NCBI GenBank assembly: GCA_049283735.1
Contig: JBAPWO010000071.1
Location: forward strand, 19,221 to 83,220
Direction of reading: 5' to 3'
DNA length: 64,000 nucleotides
Source of the DNA: Candidatus Dormiibacterota bacterium
GTDB lineage: Bacteria; Chloroflexota; Dormibacteria; Aeolococcales; Aeolococcaceae
A model generated the notes under the pieces. That model was not told the origin of the DNA. It worked only from the letters and a program-made list of their open reading frames with translations, and searched no databases. Shown one piece after another: positions 12,002 through 19,882 of this stretch. Position 1 is the stretch's first letter, and each line of letters begins with the position of its first letter. The position numbers and the translations under genes are program-made.

Positions 12002-12804
12002 AACCGGCCTGGTCGTGGCAGTTCGACCGGGCGACCCTGCAGCGTGTGCAGGCATCGCTCCCCACGGCGATCACCCGCGAGTGGGCGTGGGAGGGCAGCA
12101 CCGGGGCAGGCGTCAAGGTGGCGGTCATCGACAGCGGGATCGATGCTGCTTATCCCGGAGTCGGGCCCCTCGCCGGTGGTGCGGTGGTCGTCGCCGATGC
12201 CGACGCGCCACGAGGCGCTCGTGTGATCGAAGGGCCGCACGAGGATCTGTTCGGCCACGGCACGGCGTGTGCCGCGATCATTCGCCAGGCCGCGCCGGAT
12301 GCCGAGCTGTACAGCATCAGGGTCCTTGGCGAACGGCTGACGGGACGCGGCATCGTGTTCGCCGAGGGTATGCGCTGGGCGCTCGCCGAGGGCATGCAGG
12401 TGCTCAATATGAGCCTGAGCACGTCGCGCGCAGACTACTTCGGGGTGTTCCATGAGATCGCCGACGACGCCTATTTCCAGGGAGCGATGGTCGTCTGCGC
12501 CGTCAACAACGTCCGGGCGCCAAGCTATCCGTCGCAGTACGCGTCGGTGTTTTCCGTCGCGGCCCACGAGGGTCGGGACCCATTTCGCCTGGACTACAAC
12601 CTGTCGCCGCCGGTTGAATTCGGAGCGCCTGGGATCGACCTCGAGGTGGGCTGGCTCGACGGGAGGACCATTCGCGCGACCGGCAACAGCTTCGCGGCGC
12701 CTCACATCGCCGGATTGATCGCTCGAATCCTCGGCAAGCACCCGGCGCTGACTCCGTTTCAGATGAAGACGGTCCTGATGGCGTTGGCGGACAACGCGAG
12801 CTAG
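11998..12804 (+). CDS. subtilisin-like serine peptidase (S8 family), no signal peptide
   Basis: Catalytic-triad motifs VAVIDSGID (Asp), HGTACAAII (His) and GNSFAAPHIAGL (Ser). Confidence 0.85.
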   Translation: MKPAWSWQFDRATLQRVQASLPTAITREWAWEGSTGAGVKVAVIDSGIDAAYPGVGPLAGGAVVVADADAPRGARVIEGPHEDLFGHGTACAAIIRQAAPDAELYSIRVLGERLTGRGIVFAEGMRWALAEGMQVLNMSLSTSRADYFGVFHEIADDAYFQGAMVVCAVNNVRAPSYPSQYASVFSVAAHEGRDPFRLDYNLSPPVEFGAPGIDLEVGWLDGRTIRATGNSFAAPHIAGLIARILGKHPALTPFQMKTVLMALADNAS

Positions 12805-12862
12805 GTCCGCGTCTGCCGCTTGTCGCCAGGCTGACAGACAATGCACCCCGTTTTCGCTGACA

Positions 12863-13297
12863 ATGCGCGTCATGACCGACAAGAAAACACTGGTCAACCT
12901 GCTGAGTCGCAATCGACTCTTCGACGAGCTCAACAAGAAGGATGTCCTCGCGCTGATCGACTCGGCGAAGGAAGTCGACCACCGCGAGGGTCAGATGATC
13001 GTGGTCGAGGGGCAGCCTGGAGTCGGTTTTCATCTGCTCCTTGAGGGCACGGCGATCGTGAGCAGAAATGGCCGAAAGCTCCGGACGCTGGGGCCTGGCG
13101 AGACGTTCGGCGATATCGCGGTCATCGACGGAGGACCTCGCAGTGCGTCGGTGCAAGCAGCGACCCAGCTCCGCACCCTGTCGCTGCCGCCATGGGAGTT
13201 CAAACCCCTCCTCCTGGAACATCCCCGGATCGCCTACAGGCTGCTCGTCAAGCTCTGCTCGCTGCTCCGAGAAGCCGAGAAGCGGCCGCCGCTCTAG
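12863..13297 (+). CDS. stand-alone cyclic-nucleotide-binding domain protein
   Basis: 144 aa. cNMP-binding beta-roll IVVEGQPGVGFHLLLEGTAIV...LGPGETFGDIAVIDGGPRSASV. Confidence 0.8.
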   Translation: MRVMTDKKTLVNLLSRNRLFDELNKKDVLALIDSAKEVDHREGQMIVVEGQPGVGFHLLLEGTAIVSRNGRKLRTLGPGETFGDIAVIDGGPRSASVQAATQLRTLSLPPWEFKPLLLEHPRIAYRLLVKLCSLLREAEKRPPL

Positions 13298-13410
13298 TCG
13301 CCTCGGGCTGCGTTGTGGTCATGCGCCGGTCGGCGAGGGCCCGGTCGAATTCAAGGTGAGCTCCACTTACCTATGATGCACCGCGTCCACTGTGGAGTTG
13401 GGAGAACGCC

Positions 13411-13836
13411 ATGACAAGTCGGAGCGCGCAGGTCAACTTGCTCAGCGGCGTCGCGCTCTTCGCCGGGCTGACCAAGAAGGAGGCAAGGTTCGTCCTCCAA
13501 TTCATGCGCGACTACGACTATCCGGCTGGGAAGGTCATTGTCGAAGAGGGCGAGATGGGTGGACGTTTCTTTCTCATCGTGTCGGGCACAGCAGTGGTAA
13601 CGCGACGCGGACGTCGTATTCGCAGACTCGGTCCCGGCGATTCGTTCGGAGACATCGCGCTCATCGATGGAGGTCCACGATCAGCGACGGTGGCGGCGGA
13701 AACACCCGTCAGCACCTTGTCGCTGGCAGTCTGGAATTTCAAGGCAACGCTGCTCGAGAGTCCGAGCATCACCTACAAGCTGCTGCTGGCCCTTTGCGGA
13801 AGACTGCGTGACGCGGAGTTGAGCGCGCCGATCTGA
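13411..13836 (+). CDS. stand-alone cyclic-nucleotide-binding domain protein (paralogue of 12863-13297)
   Basis: 141 aa. LGPGDSFGDIALIDGGPRSATV... and the same C-terminal LLLALCGRLRDAE as its neighbour. Confidence 0.8.
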   Translation: MTSRSAQVNLLSGVALFAGLTKKEARFVLQFMRDYDYPAGKVIVEEGEMGGRFFLIVSGTAVVTRRGRRIRRLGPGDSFGDIALIDGGPRSATVAAETPVSTLSLAVWNFKATLLESPSITYKLLLALCGRLRDAELSAPI

Positions 13837-13859
13837 TCCATCGAGCAACCCTCGGCTGG

Positions 13860-14550
13860 CTTGTCGCTGGGAGGCTGTCGCCGAGAAATGCCCGGGCAGC
13901 GCCGCGGACACCCAGCGCGCGGGGAGGTTCCGGAAGGCCCAAGCCGGCCGCGAGTTGAAGCGCCTGCTCGGCGAGCGTGATCGCCTCCGCGTAGGCGCTG
14001 TCATCGCCCTTCCGGCCTGCGAGTTCTACATACGCGGTGACGAGCTCTGCGCCCGGCTCCTCGGCTTCGAGCAACAGCAGCCCTCGGCGATGAGATCCCT
14101 CGAGGTCGGATCGCCGGCCATCTGAAGCACCGTCGACAGCGTGGTCAGCGTCCGCGCGACGGCCAGGGTGGCACCCGCATCCCGATACATCTCGAGCGCG
14201 GCCCTCGCCCCAGCCTGGCGTCCCGGTACGTGCGCCGCCTAGGCCCAGCGTTCCAGCAGGGCAGCCCGCTCGCGGTGGTTCTCAGGGGCGAGCTCGAGCG
14301 CCCGGGCGAAGCTTTCAGCTGGGGCCGCTCGAACTCCCGGCCCACGAGCGGCGTCGAACTCGTTCGGATGACGTCGGCGCCGAAGCGGGCCTGGGCGGCC
14401 AGTGGAGGTCAGACAGGGAGCGGCTCTGATTTCCCTTTGACTTGCACCGCCTCGGAGGCGATCGAAGATGAGCACGCGCTCGGTCTGGCGGTAGGTCGGC
14501 TCTGACACCGCCACACCGTTGATCGGGGCGATGCCCTGCAGGCGTGACAC
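13860..14550 (-). pseudogene. truncated remnant (C-terminal TPR region only) of a large transcriptional-regulator gene
   Basis: One continuous minus-strand frame gives TPR-like sequence (...ALELAPENHRERAALLERWA*GRHV...ARAALEMYRDAGATLAVARTLTTLSTVL...AYAEAITLAEQALQLAAGLG). It is interrupted by an in-frame TAG at 14239-14241 and has no N-terminal ATPase or DNA-binding part. Confidence 0.4.
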
Positions 14551-14921
14551 GGCAACTTTCCGCCGCCCTTCGCGCGCTCGGTGCGCGCGTCTACGTATCG
14601 TCGACCGAGACGCTTCGACTTGAACAAGACGGAACGTCTTTGGCCGATGCTTCGGTGTGGAACCCTGCGACGATGTTCGGCGGGCTGGACATCACGTTCA
14701 TCCCTGCTGGAACCACGGGATACGCCGACCTCGCTGAGCGTGCGCAGGGCATCGACATCGGCGGAGTGGTCGTCAGGGTGGCTGCTCTAGAGGACATCGT
14801 CAGGAGCAAGGAAGCAGCGAGCCGCGAGAAGGATCGCGTGGTCCTCCCGGCGCTTCGACGTCTTCTCGAGCGTACCGAGGACGAGCCCTACCAGAACACG
14901 CAAGGTGAAGCTTCGAAGTGA
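14544..14921 (+). CDS. hypothetical protein, possible nucleotidyltransferase-fold (MNT-like) protein
   Basis: 125 aa. The C-terminal VAALEDIVRSKEAASREKDRVVLPAL resembles the R-x-KD helix of minimal nucleotidyltransferases. No clear GS motif; weak call. Confidence 0.3.
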   Translation: MTRQLSAALRALGARVYVSSTETLRLEQDGTSLADASVWNPATMFGGLDITFIPAGTTGYADLAERAQGIDIGGVVVRVAALEDIVRSKEAASREKDRVVLPALRRLLERTEDEPYQNTQGEASK

Positions 14922-14927
14922 TGACAG

Positions 14928-15185
14928 TCAGGTCTGGATCTTCCTGCGCAGCCGCTCCACGGACTCGGCAAGGTCCCACACCATCTCGAGCGCAAGGTTG
15001 AGCTCGCTCGCCGTAGGCGGAAGCTCGTACACACGGTGATGACACGCGTTTGAAAGCGACTGCCAGGTCAGGGTCGCCCGGCCGCCAAGCTCTCGGTCGT
15101 TGAGCATGTCGCCGACGCAGAGCAGCTGACACCGCGTCGACGTTCGCTCCAGCCCCGGCGCCGTCACATCCCAGAGTCGCGCCAT
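14928..15185 (-). CDS. small hypothetical protein, last gene of the RloC-like operon
   Basis: MARLWDVTAPGLERTSTRCQLLCVGDMLNDRELGG... The reading frame stays open to 15422, overlapping the RloC-like 3' end, so the true start may lie upstream via a non-ATG codon. Confidence 0.3.
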   Translation of the reverse strand: MARLWDVTAPGLERTSTRCQLLCVGDMLNDRELGGRATLTWQSLSNACHHRVYELPPTASELNLALEMVWDLAESVERLRRKIQT

Positions 15186-15325
15186 GGCGAGTTCGAGTCC
15201 CTGTCGCGCGAGCAGCGCCGCTGCACGGGGCCAGAGGCCGGCGGTCGCAATGTCGTCGGCCCGGATGAGATCGCGCGCGGCTGAGACGAGCGCATGCGCG
15301 TCAGCGGTCGAGTTCGTGCGCGGCG

Positions 15326-17752
15326 TCAACGTTCGAGCACCTTCTTCGTCAACTGCTCGACGCTGCGTATGAAGTCCTTCGCGTCGCCGTACAGCTTCCC
15401 GCTGTGCGTTCCGCGATTGCACTCCCTGACCGCATCGACCGCCCAGGGGTGATGCTTCATCAGAAACGCGGTCACGTCGCCGCTTCGTTCCGGGTCATGC
15501 AAGAGCGCAAGTGCCAGCCACATGTTCAACGTCGTCGGCGTGGCGAGGATCGCGCGCACCGCCGCATACGTCTTGCCCTCGCGAAGCAGGCGCCGCGTGG
15601 CCGCAAGCGAGGACGCAGCCTCGAGTGCGAGCCTGCAGAACCCCGGGATAACGCGGAGCGCCTCTACGGGGACATCTCGGCTCATCGCAACCGCGAAGGC
15701 GTCGTCGATGTATCGCTGCACCGGATCCTGGATTCGGCGCAACTCGACGACCGACTGCTCACGCCGCACCACCTCGACAACGGTGGCGGCGATGTCGAGC
15801 GCACTCATCGCGTCGGCAAGACGCGTGTCGTGGGTGAGCACGACCACCTGCCGTTCCCGTGCGGCGCGCGCGAGCACGGTGGCGAGCCCGGCCACCTTGG
15901 ATGGATCCATCGCCTGCACCGGGTCATCGATGACCACGAACCGGAACGGCGACTCGGGCATCGATGCGCGGGGCAGGAACAACGACAGCGCCAGGCAGTT
16001 GAGCTCCCCCTGACTCATCACGCCGAGCGCCGAGCCATCCTCACCGTCGACCTTCACGTCGAGCGAGAGTCGGCGCTGCGTCTGAGCGCCCATCAGGCGC
16101 AGATCGCCGAGCGAGACGTTGCTGTCCTGGCGCAGCTCGGTCCAGTTCTCCTGCACGGCGCCTGCGATGGGACGAAACCGTTCCTCGCGCAGCTCGTCAT
16201 GCGCGTCCCTGAGCCATCGTTCCGCGTCTTTCAGGCGTAGGGCTTCGCCCTCGGCCTCCTTCGCCCTGCGCCCGAGCGGCAGCCACAACGCAATCGCATC
16301 GGCGGCGGGCCGCCAGGCGTGTTCCAACCGGTCGAGCTCGGCTGCGGCCGCCCTGCGCAGGTCGCCGACCGCGGCGATGAGGGGCGATCCGTGCGTCTCG
16401 AGGTGGCCGGCCAGCGCGAGCGCATCGTCGTCGTCGGCCACAGCAGCCCATCGCTCCCAGAGCTCGATCACGGGCGCGACATCGATGCCGGCGCCGGCGC
16501 CATCGCGAAGCGCAACCGGCGGCGCGGTCACCAGCTGCCGAGCCTGGCGCATCGCATTGGCGAGCATGTCGCGACCCTTGCGCACCGCATCCGCCGCTGC
16601 GCGCAGCGCGACCACCTGGTCGCGCGCCTGCACACGCCACTGGTAGGTCAGCACGCCCTCGGTGCCACAGACGGGACAGCCTTCTCCCTCCGCATGTGCG
16701 TGCACGTCGAGCGCCTGTTGCAGGAGTGAGGCGACCTCGTGCGCCCGGCCGGCGTCGGTACCTCGCAACCGCTCACCGGCCGCCTGCGCCTCGCGCAGGG
16801 CTGCGACCGCTTCGTTGAGTCGCTCTCGATCGAGCACGGGGAGCCCTGCCAGGTCGCGCAGCTTGCGAAGCACGCTGCGCTCGTCGCTCTCGGCCGCGCC
16901 GCCGATCGTACGCGCGACGGCGTCGAGATCCCAGGCCTTCGCGGAGAGCGAAGCAGCCACCAATCCCGCCCGTTCATCGGTGGTCCGGTCGAGCAGCGCG
17001 CGCAGCGCCGGCAGTGCGTCGCGCGCCTGCTTGACCAGATGCTCTCGATCGAGGCGCGTCCGCTGCAGCACCTGCTGCGCGGTTGCGAGGTCGCCGAGAC
17101 CGAGGATGCCGGCGAGCGCGTCGTAGAGCTTCGATTGCTCGCGATCGAGCGCGTGTTCGAGCTCGTTGTGTGAAAGGAGCGGCGGGTAGCCGGCCAGCTG
17201 CGGCGCCCAACCCAGCGCCTCGGCCGGCGCGGGCTTGCCATCAATGGTCAGTGTGGAGGCGTCAACCCCATCGGCTTCCTTCCAGATGCGGGCCACGTCG
17301 AGCGGCTGCTTGCGTCCGTCCACGATGAAGCGTGCGGCGACCCGCGTGTGCCGGTGGTGCAGGTTCTGCCAGCCGTCGCGCCACACCTTGACGCGCTGCT
17401 CCCAGCGCTGATTGGTGCCGAGCAGGACCATTTCGAGCGCCTCCGAGAACGAGGACTTCCCGGAGCCGTTGCGACCGACCACCAACGTGAGCCCCGGACC
17501 CGGGTCGATCGCGAGCGTCGTGGGCGGGCCGATCCCGCGGAAACCCTCGACCTCGATGGCGGTGAGATACACCCCACTGGGTGCCGCCCCCGCGCTACGG
17601 CTCGTCGGGGCGGAACCAGGCTCGCCGCGGAGCGCGGCCTCGACAGGCTCCGCGCCCTGGAAGGCGGCGAGGATCAGGTCCGCGGCCCCGCCCGCCGGCG
17701 GATTCGAGTCGATCCGATCAACCACCAGGCCGAGCAGCGCGGCGTCAGGCAT
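15326..17752 (-). CDS. RloC/PrrC-like protein: Rad50/SbcC-type ABC ATPase with CxxC zinc hook and C-terminal HEPN-like (anticodon-nuclease-like) domain
   Basis: 808 aa. Walker A LVVGRNGSGKSS, a long coiled coil containing EGEGCPVCGTEG, ABC signature MSQGELNCLALSLFL, Walker B FRFVVIDDP, H-loop LTHD. About 190 further residues carry R...N-x3-H (VRECNRGTH). Confidence 0.65.
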   Translation of the reverse strand: MPDAALLGLVVDRIDSNPPAGGAADLILAAFQGAEPVEAALRGEPGSAPTSRSAGAAPSGVYLTAIEVEGFRGIGPPTTLAIDPGPGLTLVVGRNGSGKSSFSEALEMVLLGTNQRWEQRVKVWRDGWQNLHHRHTRVAARFIVDGRKQPLDVARIWKEADGVDASTLTIDGKPAPAEALGWAPQLAGYPPLLSHNELEHALDREQSKLYDALAGILGLGDLATAQQVLQRTRLDREHLVKQARDALPALRALLDRTTDERAGLVAASLSAKAWDLDAVARTIGGAAESDERSVLRKLRDLAGLPVLDRERLNEAVAALREAQAAGERLRGTDAGRAHEVASLLQQALDVHAHAEGEGCPVCGTEGVLTYQWRVQARDQVVALRAAADAVRKGRDMLANAMRQARQLVTAPPVALRDGAGAGIDVAPVIELWERWAAVADDDDALALAGHLETHGSPLIAAVGDLRRAAAAELDRLEHAWRPAADAIALWLPLGRRAKEAEGEALRLKDAERWLRDAHDELREERFRPIAGAVQENWTELRQDSNVSLGDLRLMGAQTQRRLSLDVKVDGEDGSALGVMSQGELNCLALSLFLPRASMPESPFRFVVIDDPVQAMDPSKVAGLATVLARAARERQVVVLTHDTRLADAMSALDIAATVVEVVRREQSVVELRRIQDPVQRYIDDAFAVAMSRDVPVEALRVIPGFCRLALEAASSLAATRRLLREGKTYAAVRAILATPTTLNMWLALALLHDPERSGDVTAFLMKHHPWAVDAVRECNRGTHSGKLYGDAKDFIRSVEQLTKKVLER

Positions 17753-18251
17753 CCGGTGCCGATGGCGTGCTGGTCACACGTTTCAGGACGATCTCGTCGG
17801 GCGTCCTCCCGTGGTCGACGAAGTAGGTCGCGCGCCTCCCGTCCTTCTCGAGGTGGACGAGCGACCCGACCTTGAAGGTGTCGGCGGGCATGGTCAGCGG
17901 GGGCGTCCGCGACGGGCGGTCGACGTGAGGAGGTATGGCGGCCGGCGATTGCGGCGTCGCCACCGACGGCATGGGAACCATTGCGGCGCCGGGAGCGGCC
18001 GCGCCGCGCTGAACGTGCCGGCGGTGCACGGTCACGCCGACGGCGATCGCGGTGAGCACCAGCACCGGGACGCTGATGTACCAGTACGCGATACCGAGGG
18101 CGAGGACCACGACCAGGACGACGAAGCCCACGCAGCCGACACCGCCGGTCGCGTGGGCGGCCTGTCGGGCGGTGTGATGGGGTCGCCGCCCGTAGGTCGA
18201 AAGGCCCGCCCAGAATCCTCCCGGGAGACGATGGCCGAGGTAGAAGCGCAC
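17745..18251 (-). CDS. membrane protein (2 TM helices plus small C-terminal soluble domain), first gene of the RloC-like operon
   Basis: TM helices VGCVGFVVLVVVLALGIAYWY and ISVPVLVLTAIAVGVTV. C-terminal FKVGSLVHLEKDGRRATYFVDHGRTPDEIVLKRV. Its stop overlaps the RloC-like start by 8 nt (ATGCCTGA). Putative GTG start at 18251. Confidence 0.4.
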   Translation of the reverse strand: MRFYLGHRLPGGFWAGLSTYGRRPHHTARQAAHATGGVGCVGFVVLVVVLALGIAYWYISVPVLVLTAIAVGVTVHRRHVQRGAAAPGAAMVPMPSVATPQSPAAIPPHVDRPSRTPPLTMPADTFKVGSLVHLEKDGRRATYFVDHGRTPDEIVLKRVTSTPSAPDA

Positions 18252-18920
18252 GGCGCCATTCTGGCTCCCGCACGCCGTCACCTTCGCAGCCCGCCTTTGG
18301 CGACCGACAATGACCGTGTGCCCGAATCGACCGCCGCCCCGCCGCTGACAGAGCGCTTCGCTCACGCGTTGACCTTCTCCTGGCAGGTGCACGGCCGGCA
18401 GGTCCGGAAGAAGACCGGGATCCCGTATATGGCTCACGTCCTGGCCGTGTGCGCCCTGGCCCTCGAGCACGAGGCGGATGAGGACGTCGCCATCGCCGCG
18501 CTCCTCCACGACGCGGTGGAGGACTCGGAGGATGGCGCCGCGACCCGCGACCAGATCGAAGAACAGTTCGGCGACCGAGTGGCTCGGATCGTGATGGCCT
18601 GCAGCGACGCGATCGCCGTGCCCGGTCAGCCGAAACCGGACTGGCGGCAGCGCAAGGAGACGTATCTGCGCCACCTCGCCGACGCCGACGAGGACGCGCT
18701 GCTGGTGTCCGCCTGCGACAAGGTCCACAACGCCGGCTCGATCGTCGCCGATCTGCGCGCCGAGGGCGATGCCGTCTGGCAGCGATTCACGGTCAAGGAT
18801 CCGCGCCTCCAGCTCTGGTACTACGCCGGTGTCACGGAGATCCTCATGCGCAGGCTGCCCGGGCCGTTGACCGCGAAGCTCGGGCGCATCGTCGACGAAT
18901 TGAGCGCGCTGGCCGCCTGA
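18231..18920 (+). CDS. HD-domain phosphohydrolase (RelA/SpoT-like HD_4 family)
   Basis: YMAHVLAVCALALEHEADEDVAIAALLHDAVEDS, i.e. H...HD...D metal ligands. ATG at 18231 chosen; a GTG near 18316 is an alternative start. Confidence 0.7.
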   Translation: MAEVEAHGAILAPARRHLRSPPLATDNDRVPESTAAPPLTERFAHALTFSWQVHGRQVRKKTGIPYMAHVLAVCALALEHEADEDVAIAALLHDAVEDSEDGAATRDQIEEQFGDRVARIVMACSDAIAVPGQPKPDWRQRKETYLRHLADADEDALLVSACDKVHNAGSIVADLRAEGDAVWQRFTVKDPRLQLWYYAGVTEILMRRLPGPLTAKLGRIVDELSALAA

Positions 18921-18998
18921 CCAACCACGCTGGGGATCAGGCTCAGCCCGAGAATCGGGCGGCGCCGGTGGACGCGGCGACGCATATGATCCGCGCCA

Positions 18999-19844
18999 AT
19001 GAGCGCCCAACGCCCACTTGATGGCCGCGTCGCGGTGGTCACCGGATCGAGCCGCGGCATCGGGCGCGCGATGGCGCTCCGCCTGGCTCGTGAAGGCGCC
19101 GCGGTCGTGATCACCGGCAAGTCCGAGAGCGGCACCGAGAAGCTTCCCGGCAGCATCAACACGGTTGCCGCCGAGGTCGAGGCCGCCGGAGGGTCAGCGC
19201 TCGCCGTCCGCGTGGACGTGCGCCACGAGGACGAGGTCACGGCGATGGTCGACGCGACCGTCGAACACTTCGGCCGGCTCGACATCCTTATCAACAACGC
19301 GGGTGCGCTCTGGTGGAAACCCATCCTGCAGACCCCGCCCAAGCGCTATGACCTCATGTGGGAGATCAACGTTCGCGCCGCCTACCTCTGTGCCTACTAC
19401 GCGCTCCCCCATATGGTGCGCAATCGCTGGGGCCACGTGATCAACTGCTCGCCGCCGATCAGCACGCAGCCAAGCCCCGGCCACGTCGCCTACATGACCA
19501 CCAAGATGGGGATGACCCGCCTCGCCATCGGGATCGCGGCCGAGCATGCAAGCGACGGCATCGCCAGCAATTCCCTCTGGCCGGTGACCATCATCGAGAG
19601 CCTCGCGAGCATCAACTGGGGCCTCGGGGACCGCAGCCAGTGGCGGTCTCCGGAGATCCTCTGCGACGCGATGATGGAGATCGTCACCACCGAGCCGCCG
19701 TCGCTGACGGGACGGCAGATCCTCGACGAGCCATTCCTCCGCGAGCGGGGCTGGACCGACGAGCGCCTCGACGCTTACTGGCTGGAGGGCAAGCCTCCCG
19801 AGCACCCGGTCTACATCGACGGGCGCTCAGGCTCCTCGATGTAG
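18999..19844 (+). CDS. SDR-family oxidoreductase
   Basis: VAVVTGSSRGIGRAMA, NNAG, YMTTK active-site motif; 281 aa. Confidence 0.85.
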   Translation: MSAQRPLDGRVAVVTGSSRGIGRAMALRLAREGAAVVITGKSESGTEKLPGSINTVAAEVEAAGGSALAVRVDVRHEDEVTAMVDATVEHFGRLDILINNAGALWWKPILQTPPKRYDLMWEINVRAAYLCAYYALPHMVRNRWGHVINCSPPISTQPSPGHVAYMTTKMGMTRLAIGIAAEHASDGIASNSLWPVTIIESLASINWGLGDRSQWRSPEILCDAMMEIVTTEPPSLTGRQILDEPFLRERGWTDERLDAYWLEGKPPEHPVYIDGRSGSSM

Positions 19845-19882
19845 GTTCCGATCGGTCGGCGGTCCACCCGTATGATCGAATC

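Noticed and set aside
12805-12862. Possible CRP site (TGACAatgcgcgTCATG) upstream of the first cNMP-binding gene
   Set aside because: The half-sites are not true reverse complements (TGACA versus TCATG) and the spacing is off. Only a short GACAATG direct repeat remains, so it was not reported as a feature.
14230-14505. 91-aa plus ORF overlapping the TPR remnant
   Set aside because: No motifs, overlaps the better-supported minus-strand TPR frame. Likely non-coding.
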